From contig OZ245046.1 of NCBI GenBank assembly GCA_965224245.1, forward strand, positions 4,800,001 to 4,864,000: a stretch of 64,000 nucleotides of DNA, in the 5' to 3' direction. Below are positions 49,730 through 61,609 of the stretch, piece after piece. A model generated the notes under the pieces. That model was not told the DNA's origin, made no database searches, and saw only the letters and a program-made list of their open reading frames with translations. The position numbers and the translations under genes are program-made. The DNA comes from Candidatus Eiseniibacteriota bacterium. Lineage in GTDB: Bacteria; Eisenbacteria; RBG-16-71-46; CAZAMP01. Within the stretch, counting starts at the first letter, position 1; every line of letters begins with the position of its first letter.

Positions 49730-49966
49730 CTGTTTCGTACCTCGATCGGTAGAGGGTTGGTCGGGATCACGCCGATCCCGCGTGCGCGCGCCCCGCCGGC
49801 GCCGCGACGGCACCCGGGACGATCAAGAAGCGCGTACGTCTCCCACGCGTCTCGTTTGCAGACGGAGGAGTGTCGGCCAGACCGGCTTCGCCTGTCAAGA
49901 TTCGCGCTTCCGGGCCTCGGGGTCGATCCTCGGCGTCGGGCCCGTCGCGATGTCCGGGGTGGTGAC

Positions 49967-51865
49967 GTGATCGTCGCGTTCGACGACCTGGTCGACTCGG
50001 CGGCCTCGGTGATCGGGCCTCTGTGCCATGGGCCTCGGCTCCACGGTCAACCTGGCCTACCATGGGGCCGACCGGCAGAGGACCCCTTCGGCAGGAGACA
50101 CGCAATCCGATCGCTCGTTCGAGCCCTGGGCTCTCGCGGCAGTGCGGCGCCGGCGCTGATCGTGGTCTCGCTCGTCTACGTCGCCTCGCTCGCGACCCAG
50201 GAGACGCAGGCATTCTGGACGACCGACAACGCCAACAAGTTCCTGCAGATGGAGTCGATCGTCGCTTCGCAGCATCGCGACTACGCCATCGCCTGGCCGG
50301 GGGTCGCGATCGACCCTGGGTATCGGTTCAACCCACTGCCGGCGCCGTTCTCCATCGTCGTCGACGGGCGACTCTTCTCGCAGTACTCGCCGGTGTTCGC
50401 GACGGTCTCGTCGGTGCCCTACGGGCTGTGGGGTTACCCGGGCCTCTTCGTGCTCCCGATTCTCGGCGCGATGGTGGCGCTCGCGGGCGTGGCGACGATC
50501 GCCCGTGAAGGGGCTCCCGGCCGCGCGGGGGCCCCCGCACTGGCGGTGGTGATCGCGGGGCTGTCCACCCCGCTGTGGTTCTACGCGGTCGCGTTCTGGG
50601 AGCACACCCTGGCGCTGGCCGCATCGGTGTGGGCGACGCGCACGTTCATCGTCTACGCGCGCAACCCGTCCTGGGGGCGCCTCGTCGTCGCGGTCGGGCT
50701 GTCGTGCGTCGCGGTGGCCTTTCGTGAGGAGCTCGTGCTCCTCTCCGTGGTGTCGATCGCGATGGCGATCGGGGCCTCGCCGCGCCGGCGGGTCCGCACG
50801 GCGGCCATCGCCGCCTCGACGGCCGCGTCATCGCTCGCACCGCTTCTCGCATTTCATGCGTGGGCGCTCGGGCACCCCCTCGGGTTTCACGCGGCGAGCA
50901 ACGCGTCGTCGCTCGCCCAGCTGATCGAGTCGCGGCCGACGGCGTTCTACAACCTGCTCCTGCGCGCCGGGAACCACATCGGGGAGTCGCTCGTGATCAC
51001 GTCGGTGTTCGTCGGCCTCCTGGCGTGGCGGCCGCGCGTGTCGGCTCGTGTGTTTCGCGTGGTGGTGCCGGCGCTCGCGGGCTTCGCGTCGCTGACCGGG
51101 GGCCTGGTTCTGTGGCACCTGGCTCGCTCACCGGATCCGATCGCGACGCTGTCGGTCGTCAACAGCGTGTACCCGTGCGCGCCGATCGTCCTCCTGGCGC
51201 TGGTGCGCCGGCGCTCCGACGACGTCCGGCGCGATCTCGCTGGCCGCGAGTCGGACCCGCTCGCGGCGCGGTGGCTGTGGACGCTCTCGGTCGGTCTCGC
51301 GCTCGGGTACGCGCTGCTCGCGCCGGAGATCTCGACGAGCGGCATGCACTGGGGCAACCGGTTCCTGCTCCCGCTCTATCCGATGCTCTCGGTCCTCGCG
51401 GCATGGAACGTCGTGGACTGGCTCTCGGCCGCGGGGCGATCCGCTCGGGCCAAGGCCGCGATGCTGCCGATGGCGGCCGTGTGCGCGATCGGTGTCGCGG
51501 CCCAGGTCTGGTCCATCGACGTGGCCCGGGCCAAGCGGGCGTTCTCCGCGCGACTGAACCGGATCGTCGCGGAGCGGCCGGAGCAGATCCTCGTGACCGA
51601 CCAGTGGTGGGTGCCTCAGGAGCTCCATGTGTCTTTCGGCCGGAAGATGATGTTCGTCGCTCGAACGCCGTCGGATTTCGCCGATCTCGAGCAGATACTC
51701 GCCGAGCGCGGCCGGCCAGAGTCACTTCTGGTCACGAGCGCGACCGGCCGAGGGGTCCCGGCGGGTGCCGAGCTCGTCCAGGATCGTGACCTGGGGCACT
51801 TCTCCATAATTCTGGCATCACGCCGTTCCGGCGCCTGGCAATCGGAAATCAGAGAAGCAAAATAG
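49967..51865 (+). CDS. Multi-TM putative GT-C-fold glycosyltransferase (start uncertain)
   Basis: FWTTDNANKFLQ loop after TM1, FWEH, FREE, HWGNRFLLP; more than 10 TMs. Confidence 0.65.
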   Translation: MIVAFDDLVDSAASVIGPLCHGPRLHGQPGLPWGRPAEDPFGRRHAIRSLVRALGSRGSAAPALIVVSLVYVASLATQETQAFWTTDNANKFLQMESIVASQHRDYAIAWPGVAIDPGYRFNPLPAPFSIVVDGRLFSQYSPVFATVSSVPYGLWGYPGLFVLPILGAMVALAGVATIAREGAPGRAGAPALAVVIAGLSTPLWFYAVAFWEHTLALAASVWATRTFIVYARNPSWGRLVVAVGLSCVAVAFREELVLLSVVSIAMAIGASPRRRVRTAAIAASTAASSLAPLLAFHAWALGHPLGFHAASNASSLAQLIESRPTAFYNLLLRAGNHIGESLVITSVFVGLLAWRPRVSARVFRVVVPALAGFASLTGGLVLWHLARSPDPIATLSVVNSVYPCAPIVLLALVRRRSDDVRRDLAGRESDPLAARWLWTLSVGLALGYALLAPEISTSGMHWGNRFLLPLYPMLSVLAAWNVVDWLSAAGRSARAKAAMLPMAAVCAIGVAAQVWSIDVARAKRAFSARLNRIVAERPEQILVTDQWWVPQELHVSFGRKMMFVARTPSDFADLEQILAERGRPESLLVTSATGRGVPAGAELVQDRDLGHFSIILASRRSGAWQSEIREAK

Positions 51866-52346
51866 TCTCTGCTATGTCGCATGCGGCTTTTTTTGCAACG
51901 AGTTATCTGTTTTCAATCGGTCTTGTTAGGCGAAAGTGAGCATGCTAGACTTCGCCTCCGCTTCACGAAGCTGGACACGGAAGCGGCGCGCGAGGCGCCT
52001 GTTTGCTTCGCCGAGGACACCCGAGCTCACACACCTGTCCTTTCCTGGGAGTCTCGTTCTTTGGGTCCGCTTTTTGGGGCTCGTTTTTTCGGAAACGGTC
52101 TCAAGATATAGCGAATATTGTGAGTTATTGTGGAAAACCCAAGGAAAACCCTTCAACTCTTTGTCCTTTTTGAGTTTAGTGGCTATCCACATATCAACTG
52201 TTGATTGTGGATAACCACCCGGCCTGCGTCCGGGGCTGTTCAACTTGTTCCAACTTCAGCCCTTGGAAGATTCTCCACATGTTCGTCGCACGGCGGCGCA
52301 TGCCCGGCGCCGCCCGAACGACCAAGCGCCGGTAGGAGGTCCCCGA
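51866..52346. other. oriC subregion upstream of dnaA (AT-rich, DnaA boxes)
   Basis: TGTGGAAAA 52129-52137, CTATCCACA 52183-52191, perfect TGTGGATAA 52206-52214, TTCTCCACA 52271-52279. Confidence 0.8.
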
Positions 52347-53774
52347 GTGGAATCCCACTCCTCCGCATCCGATGCCTGGGCCCGCATCTTGGCGTACGTC
52401 AAGGAAGTGGTCAGCGAGCAGACGTTCCGCACCTGGTTCAGTCCCCTGTCCGCCGGGGAGTTCGACAGATCGCGGCTGACGATCGTCGTCCCCAACCCGT
52501 TCTACTCCGACTGGCTTCAGGAGCACTACTCCGAGCTCCTGACCCAGGCGGTGGGAGCGGTTTTCTCCGAGGGCGTCGCAATGTCGTTCGTCGTCAGCGA
52601 CGACTACAGCGACACCGCTCGACCGCTGGCGCCGTCCGAGTCGTCGGACGGCGGCGACGCGGCGGCGACGAACGGCGTGATGAACGGCGCGGGCGCCCGC
52701 GCCTCCGGGATGCGGCAGGCGCGTGTCGCCGGCCAGGACGACGGCCTCCTCAACCCGCGCTTCACGTTCGAGAACTTCGTCGTGGGCAAGTCGAACGAGT
52801 TCTGCTTCGCGGCGTGCGAGGCGGTCGCGAAGAGCCCGGGGAACGTCTACAACCCGCTGTTCATCTACGGCGGCGTGGGGCTCGGCAAGACGCACATCAT
52901 GCAGGCGATCGGACATCGGTTGCGCCAGAACCGACCCTCCTCACACGTCCGCTACGTGTCGTCCGAGAAGTTCATGAACGAGATGATTCAATCCATCCAG
53001 CGCGGCACGACGTTCGAGTTCAAACGGCGCTATCGGTCCGCCGACCTCCTGTTCATCGACGACATCCAGTTCCTGACCGGCAAGGAGTCGACGCAGGAGG
53101 AGTTCTTCCACACGTTCAACACGCTGTACGATGCACACAAACAGATCGTGATCACGTCGGATCGGCCGCCCAAGGCGCTGAACGACCTCGAGGATCGTCT
53201 CGTCTCGCGCTTCAACTGGGGACTCGTCAGCGACATCAGTGCGCCCGACTACGAGACGCGCGTGGCCATTCTGCGGCGCAAGGCCGAAGCGGAGAACATG
53301 GAGATCTCCAACGACGTGCTCATGTGCATCGCCGATCGCATCACGAACAACGTGCGCGAGCTCGAAGGATCGCTCGTTCGCCTCAGCGCGCTCGCGTCGT
53401 TGACGAAGAGCAAGATCGACGTCGACCTCGTTCAGGAGTTCCTGAAGGACCTGATGCGCGATCGCTCCCACCGTCCGGTGGAGGCACGCGACGTCGTGAA
53501 GGTGGTCTGCGCGCATTTCGGTCTGAGTGCCGAGGCGCTTCGCAGCCGGCGACGCACGCAGAAGATCGCGTTTCCCCGTCAGGTGGCGATGTACCTGTGC
53601 AAGCAGCTCACGAACATGTCGCTGGTGGAGATAGGCGCCCAGTTCGGGGGGCGCGATCACACCACGGTTCTCTACGCGTGCGACAAGATCGAGTCCCGGC
53701 GCACCCAGGATCCCGAGCTGGACCGCACCCTGGACGAGCTCACGCAGGCGCTGTCGACCCCTTCGAGATCCTGA
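52347..53774 (+). CDS. dnaA: Chromosomal replication initiator DnaA
   Basis: YNPLFIYGGVGLGKTH, DDIQF, NVRELEG, GGRDHTTV; GTG start after AGGAGG. Confidence 0.98.
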   Translation: MESHSSASDAWARILAYVKEVVSEQTFRTWFSPLSAGEFDRSRLTIVVPNPFYSDWLQEHYSELLTQAVGAVFSEGVAMSFVVSDDYSDTARPLAPSESSDGGDAAATNGVMNGAGARASGMRQARVAGQDDGLLNPRFTFENFVVGKSNEFCFAACEAVAKSPGNVYNPLFIYGGVGLGKTHIMQAIGHRLRQNRPSSHVRYVSSEKFMNEMIQSIQRGTTFEFKRRYRSADLLFIDDIQFLTGKESTQEEFFHTFNTLYDAHKQIVITSDRPPKALNDLEDRLVSRFNWGLVSDISAPDYETRVAILRRKAEAENMEISNDVLMCIADRITNNVRELEGSLVRLSALASLTKSKIDVDLVQEFLKDLMRDRSHRPVEARDVVKVVCAHFGLSAEALRSRRRTQKIAFPRQVAMYLCKQLTNMSLVEIGAQFGGRDHTTVLYACDKIESRRTQDPELDRTLDELTQALSTPSRS

Positions 53775-54010
53775 CAACCTTACCCACACCCTGTGGGATA
53801 CCCGTGGACCGATGGCCCCCCCGGGGACAACCCCGACATCGGTCCACGGTCTATCCCCATCGCGAGGCGCATCAACTCGGTCATAAGTCATTGGTAGAAA
53901 GGTCGTTTCGGGCGACGGACGGGGTTGTCGACATATCCCCAGCCCCTACCATTACTACTGGTTGTAAATGATTGGTATGTAGTAGTTTAGAGGCGTGGGG
54001 AAAACCCATT
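53775..54010. other. oriC subregion between dnaA and dnaN (degenerate DnaA boxes, DnaA-trios, unwinding element)
   Basis: TTACCCACA 53780-53788; TTGTCGACA-TATCCCCA-GCCC-CTACCATTACTACT 53925-53959; AT-rich core; IHF-like TAAGTCATTGGTA. Confidence 0.8.
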
Positions 54011-54225
54011 TTTGCTTGCGCGGCTCCGATCGCGTCCCTAGAATACGGCAGGTCGGAAACGGACCCGACATCCGCGGATCCGGCGTCGCGACGAGAGGCT
54101 CGGCGACCAACGGCACAGGGATCGCCAACCGGAGAACCGGACGGCGTGCCTCTAACACTCTCTAACGAAAAGATTTAACTGTGTCGGTGCCCCGAGCCAC
54201 CGCACTGACGACCGAAGGAACACCC

Positions 54226-55347
54226 ATGGCCATGAAGTTCTCGGTCCCGCAGTCCGAGCTGTCCCGCGCGGCGCAAACGGTCAATCAAGCGGTTCCGACG
54301 CGGAGCACCCTGCCCGCGCTCTCCAACTTCCACGTCGAGGTCGAGGCCGATACGCTCCGGATCAGTGCGACCGACCTGGACACGTCGGTTTCGCTGAAGG
54401 TGGCCTGCGAGGACGTGTCTCCGGGGCGCACGCTGGTTCCCGCTCGCCTGTTCACCGACCTCGTGAAGAGCCTCCCCGCCGACGTCGTCACGGTGTCGTC
54501 GGAGGGCGAGAGCGTGAAGATCGTCTCGCGAGGCGGCGAGTTCTCACTGCCGACCGCGGATCCCGACGATTACCCGCAGCTTCCCCGGATCGAGGAGGAG
54601 CGCACGGTCGAGCTGTCCGCGGCGGTGTTCGCGGGTCTGGTCAAGAAGGTCGTCGACTTCGTGGCGTCGGACGACTCGCGTCCCGAGATGAGCGGCGTGA
54701 AGGTGGAGTTTCGCAAGGGTGAGCTTCGCATGGTCGCCATCAACGGACACATGCTCGCGCTCGCGGGCGTGACCGGGAACTACGCCAAGGGTGAGGACGT
54801 CATCGTGCTTCCGTCGGCGCTCCAGTACGCGCTGCACGGCATGGCTGCGGGATCCAACGTCCAGCTCGGGATCGCACGCACGCAGATCGCGTTCCAGACC
54901 GGCAACCTGACGGTGTTCTCGCGGCTCCTCGAGGGCAAGTTCCCCGACTACGAGAAGGTCCTTCCCGAGAACAACCCAAAGCGTGTCGTGGTGCGCCGCG
55001 ACGAGCTGCGCGAAGCGCTGCGTCGGGTCGACGTCGTGGCCGACAACATCACGCACCAGGTACGGGTGAAGCTCACGAAGGGCTCCATCGAGCTCGACGC
55101 GCAGCAGACCGTCGGTGGCGGCCGCGCGAACGTGCACATCGAGGCCCAGTACGACGGCGATGCGCTGGAGATCGGGTTCAATGCGAAGTATGTGATGGAC
55201 CTCCTCAAGACCATCGACGCCGAGGAGATCGAGCTCGCGCTCGATCGTCCGCTGACTGCGATGGTCGTCGAGCCGATACCGGCCCCGGAGAACGGTTTGC
55301 ACCGCTGTCTGGTCATGCCGCTGCGGCTGGCGAACCGGTCGTCCTGA
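54226..55347 (+). CDS. dnaN: DNA polymerase III beta clamp
   Basis: SATDLD, SRLLEGKFPDYEKV, IGFNAKY, LVMPLR. Confidence 0.97.
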   Translation: MAMKFSVPQSELSRAAQTVNQAVPTRSTLPALSNFHVEVEADTLRISATDLDTSVSLKVACEDVSPGRTLVPARLFTDLVKSLPADVVTVSSEGESVKIVSRGGEFSLPTADPDDYPQLPRIEEERTVELSAAVFAGLVKKVVDFVASDDSRPEMSGVKVEFRKGELRMVAINGHMLALAGVTGNYAKGEDVIVLPSALQYALHGMAAGSNVQLGIARTQIAFQTGNLTVFSRLLEGKFPDYEKVLPENNPKRVVVRRDELREALRRVDVVADNITHQVRVKLTKGSIELDAQQTVGGGRANVHIEAQYDGDALEIGFNAKYVMDLLKTIDAEEIELALDRPLTAMVVEPIPAPENGLHRCLVMPLRLANRSS

Positions 55348-55372
55348 GCGGCCACCAAAGGATCGGATCCCA

Positions 55373-57612
<2,240 letters not shown>

Positions 57613-57713
57613 GCCGCGCCACCGACACGAGTCACGTCAGAACGCACGAGGTGAGCGCTCGCCGCTCGCGCACGGGAACACCCGCGCCGGCGGCCGGAGA
57701 AGGATGAGACGAG

Positions 57714-60344
57714 ATGGCTGACGATCCGAACCGCATCGTACCGATCAACCTCGAGGACGAGCTTCGCAGCGCGTACCTCGACTACTCGATGAGCGTCATC
57801 GTGAGTCGCGCGCTGCCCGATGCGCGCGACGGATTGAAGCCCGTGCAGCGACGGATTCTGGTCGCGATGCGCGAGCTCAACCTCACGCACGATCGCAAGC
57901 ACCGGAAGTCCGCCAAGATCACCGGTGACGTGACCGGTAACTACCACCCGCACGGCACCGCAGCCGTGTACGACACGATGGTGCGCATGGCGCAGGACTT
58001 CTCTCTGCGCTACCCGTTGATCGATGGACAGGGCAACTTCGGGTCCGTGGACGGTGACGGGGCCGCGGCCGAGCGGTACACCGAGGCCCGCCTGACCGAA
58101 GCCGCCGAGAACCTCCTCGGCGACATCGAGAAGGACACGGTCGATCATCGGCCGAACTACGAGGAGACCCGCGACGAGCCGGTCGTCCTGCCCGGACGGT
58201 TTCCGAATCTGCTGGTCAACGGCGCCACCGGGATCGCGGTCGGGATGGCCACCAACATCCCGCCACACAACCTCGGCGAGATCGTCGACGGTCTGTGCAT
58301 GCTGCTCGACGACCCGGACGCGACGGTGTCCGATCTGCGGCGCGCGGTGAAGGGCCCCGACTTCCCGACCGCCGGCATCATCCAGGGGACCGACGGCATC
58401 CAGCAGGCGTACGAGACCGGCCGCGGGCTCATCCGCGTCCGCGCGCGGGCGGAGATCGAGACGAACGAGAAGACCGGGCGCGAGCGCATCCTGGTCACCG
58501 AGCTCCCGTATCAGGTGAACAAGGCCACGCTGCTGGAGAAGATCGCGCACCTGGTCAAGTCGGGCGTGGTCGCCGGCATCTCGGACATCCGCGACGAGAG
58601 CGACCGCGACGGCATGCGGGTGGTGATCGACGTCCGCAAGGACGGCGCGCCGAACATCATCCTGAACCAGCTCTTCAAGCACACGGCCATGCAAAGCACG
58701 TTCGGCGCCAACATGGTCGCGCTCGTCGACATGCGCCCCAAGCAGCTCTCGCTCAAGGAGCTGATGAACGAGTACCTCCGGCACCGGCGCGAGGTCGTGG
58801 TGCGGAGGACCGAGTTCGAGCTGGCCCAGGCCGAGCGGCGCGCGCACATCCTGGAGGGCCTCCGGAAGGCGCTGGATCACATCGATGCCATCATCGAGAC
58901 CATCCGCGCCGCGGCGGACGTGCCCGTGGCCCGCCAGAACCTCATGTCCGGGTTCGAGCTCAGCGAGGCGCAGGCCAACGCGATTCTCGAGATGCGCCTC
59001 CAGCGCCTGACCGGCATGGAGCGCAAGAAGCTCGACGAGGAGTACACCGATCTCATCCAGGAGATCGAGCGCCTGCGCGGCATCCTCGAGAGCGACGCCC
59101 AGGTGCGCGAGGTCATCCGCGACGAGCTCCAGGAGATCCGCGAGGCCTACGCCGACGAACGCCGGACCGAGATCACCGCGATGGCCGCCGGCGAGTTCGC
59201 CGACGAGGACCTCATCCCCGAGGAGGACATGGTCGTCACGATCAGCCACCTCGGGTACATCAAGCGCATCCCGCTGACCGCCTATCGCTCGCAGCGGCGC
59301 GGCGGCAAGGGCATCACCGGGGCCACCACGCGCGAGGAGGACTGGACGCAGGAGCTCTTCATCGCGTCGACGCACGACTACATGCTCTTCTTCACCGATC
59401 GCGGTCGCTGCTACTGGCTCAAGGTGCACGCCATTCCGAAGGCGGGTCGCACCGCGCGCGGAAAGGCGATCGTCAACTGCATCCAGATCGGATCCGACGA
59501 GCGGGTCACCGCGTACACGCAGGTGAACGAGTTCGACGACCATCGCTACCTGATCATGGTGACCCGTCAGGGCACGATCAAGAAGACGCCCCTGAATGCG
59601 TTCAGCAACCCGCGCCGGGCCGGCATCCGCGCGGTCAACCTGGCCGACGGCGACATGCTGATCGCGGCCTCGCTGACCAACGGCGACAACGAGGTCATGC
59701 TCGCCACCCGGAAAGGCCGCGCCGTCCGATTCCACGAGAGCGCGCTGCGCCCGATGGGACGGACCGCCGGCGGCGTGCGCGGGGTCTCCCTCGACGGCGA
59801 CGAGGACGGCGTCGTGGGCATGGTCGTCGTCGAGCGCGACGCCACGCTCCTGTCGGTCACCGAACGTGGATATGGCAAGAGGACCCCGATCGCCGAGTAC
59901 CGGCTGACGAACCGCGGGACGAAGGGCGTCGTGAACATCCGGACCAGCGAGCGCAACGGTCCCGTGGTGGGCATCCTCGAGGTCACGTCGGATGACCAGA
60001 TCATCATCATCTCGTCGTCGGGGATCGTGATCCGGAGCCCGGTGCGCGACGTGCGCGAGATGGGTCGCGCGACGCAGGGCGTGCGCTTGATCACGATGGA
60101 CGAGGATGCGACCGTGGCCGACGTGGCCAAGGTGCCGTCGGGCGACGACGACAACGGTGGGATGCGGGGGCCCAGGGGAACCGATCCCGCGACGCCCGTG
60201 TCCAAAGGGTCCGAGCCGTCGGCCGAGCTGAGCGCCGCGGTGAGAGACTTCGCCGACGAGCTCGTGGATGAAGCGGACGGGGATCCGGCCGGTGACGATC
60301 CGGCGGACGGCGCGGACGCGCCGGATGACGACGACGAGAGCTGA
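57714..60344 (+). CDS. gyrA: DNA gyrase subunit A
   Basis: RALPDARDGLKPV, YHPHG, ERYTEARL, GyrA-box QRRGGKG, acidic tail. Confidence 0.98.
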   Translation: MADDPNRIVPINLEDELRSAYLDYSMSVIVSRALPDARDGLKPVQRRILVAMRELNLTHDRKHRKSAKITGDVTGNYHPHGTAAVYDTMVRMAQDFSLRYPLIDGQGNFGSVDGDGAAAERYTEARLTEAAENLLGDIEKDTVDHRPNYEETRDEPVVLPGRFPNLLVNGATGIAVGMATNIPPHNLGEIVDGLCMLLDDPDATVSDLRRAVKGPDFPTAGIIQGTDGIQQAYETGRGLIRVRARAEIETNEKTGRERILVTELPYQVNKATLLEKIAHLVKSGVVAGISDIRDESDRDGMRVVIDVRKDGAPNIILNQLFKHTAMQSTFGANMVALVDMRPKQLSLKELMNEYLRHRREVVVRRTEFELAQAERRAHILEGLRKALDHIDAIIETIRAAADVPVARQNLMSGFELSEAQANAILEMRLQRLTGMERKKLDEEYTDLIQEIERLRGILESDAQVREVIRDELQEIREAYADERRTEITAMAAGEFADEDLIPEEDMVVTISHLGYIKRIPLTAYRSQRRGGKGITGATTREEDWTQELFIASTHDYMLFFTDRGRCYWLKVHAIPKAGRTARGKAIVNCIQIGSDERVTAYTQVNEFDDHRYLIMVTRQGTIKKTPLNAFSNPRRAGIRAVNLADGDMLIAASLTNGDNEVMLATRKGRAVRFHESALRPMGRTAGGVRGVSLDGDEDGVVGMVVVERDATLLSVTERGYGKRTPIAEYRLTNRGTKGVVNIRTSERNGPVVGILEVTSDDQIIIISSSGIVIRSPVRDVREMGRATQGVRLITMDEDATVADVAKVPSGDDDNGGMRGPRGTDPATPVSKGSEPSAELSAAVRDFADELVDEADGDPAGDDPADGADAPDDDDES

Positions 60345-60358
60345 ATGGTGACCCACGA

Positions 60359-61609
60359 GTGACGCACGACACGACTCGTCCGGCGGCGATCGCCTCGGTC
60401 GCGTTGATCGCCGCGCTCGGATCGGCCCCGCTCTGGTCCGGGTGCGCTCCCGAGACCGACCCGGTGGCGGTGCGCCTGCCGGCGAGAAGCCCCGAGACCG
60501 CCGCGGTCCGACTCCTCACGGTCCCGGCCGACTCGGTGGCCTACCTGAGCTACGACGCGCAGGCCGACGTCGGCAAGAGCGACCGCCTTCTCTTCGGCGA
60601 TTTCGGCGGGATCCGCGCGCGGACGTTCGTGAAGTTCGAGATCGACTCGATCGCGGCGGACTCGCTCGCGGCACGCGACGTCACGTCGGCCGAGCTGCGC
60701 TACTCCTGCATACCCGGCGCGTCCACCGACTCCATCACCGTCGAGATCATGACGTACGCCGTGATGCCGGGCGCGTCGTGGTCCGAGAACGACACGCTCT
60801 CGTGGCCGGGTCCCGCGATCGACGAGGCCTCGGTGACCGCGACGCCGATTCTGGACGATTGCGACGAGACGCAGGTGTCGGTTGCGGTGTCACCGGCCGT
60901 CGTCGAGGGCTGGCTCGACTCGCCCGCCGACGCGAACGGCCTCATGGTCGGATACACCAGCGGCGCGTCGATGATCGAGGCGGCGTCCGCCGAGAACCTC
61001 CTCGTCGACTCCGAGCTCGATCGACTCGTGGGGCCGGTGCTGGCCGTGACGTTCGCGGACTTGGACGAGACCTACCTCTTCTCGGAGACCACGGTTTCCG
61101 ACGACGTCTTCGTGCTGTCGCCCGACGAGGCGGTGCTGCCCTGCGCCGACCCCGCCGACTGCCTGGTCGTCAGCCGTGGGGTCAACAGGCGGATCCTGAC
61201 CTGGCCGAGGATCGACCTGCCGCCCGGGAGCAACGTGCATCGCGCCACCATCAATCTGCATGTTCTGGGGCACCCGCGCTTCGACCGCGACCTCCCGCTC
61301 CAGGTGTTCCGGCTGACCAGCGAGTGGCCGACCGAAGCGCCGGTCGACTCGATGGTGACGAACAGCGGGGTCGTGTGGCACACGGTCGAGGTCGAGGTCG
61401 ACGGGGACTCCGTCGTGGAGGTGCCCATCACCGATCTCGTTCAGGCCTGGCACAACGGCATTTATGAGAACAGAGGCGTCATGGTTCGCACGGCCGACCA
61501 GGACGAAGGGGTCAGTGCGGTCGCGTTCGCGAGCCCGATGCACCCGGACGAGGCGCTGAGGCCCAGCGTTACCGTCGCGTACACCGTCCCGTACGGGGGG
61601 CGGCCATGA
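60359..61609 (+). CDS. Lipoprotein with two DNRLRE/disaggregatase-like beta domains
   Basis: LWSG-C lipobox; VVEGWLDSPADANGL and ITDLVQAWHNGIYENRG...RPSVTVAY patterns. Confidence 0.7.
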   Translation: MTHDTTRPAAIASVALIAALGSAPLWSGCAPETDPVAVRLPARSPETAAVRLLTVPADSVAYLSYDAQADVGKSDRLLFGDFGGIRARTFVKFEIDSIAADSLAARDVTSAELRYSCIPGASTDSITVEIMTYAVMPGASWSENDTLSWPGPAIDEASVTATPILDDCDETQVSVAVSPAVVEGWLDSPADANGLMVGYTSGASMIEAASAENLLVDSELDRLVGPVLAVTFADLDETYLFSETTVSDDVFVLSPDEAVLPCADPADCLVVSRGVNRRILTWPRIDLPPGSNVHRATINLHVLGHPRFDRDLPLQVFRLTSEWPTEAPVDSMVTNSGVVWHTVEVEVDGDSVVEVPITDLVQAWHNGIYENRGVMVRTADQDEGVSAVAFASPMHPDEALRPSVTVAYTVPYGGRP

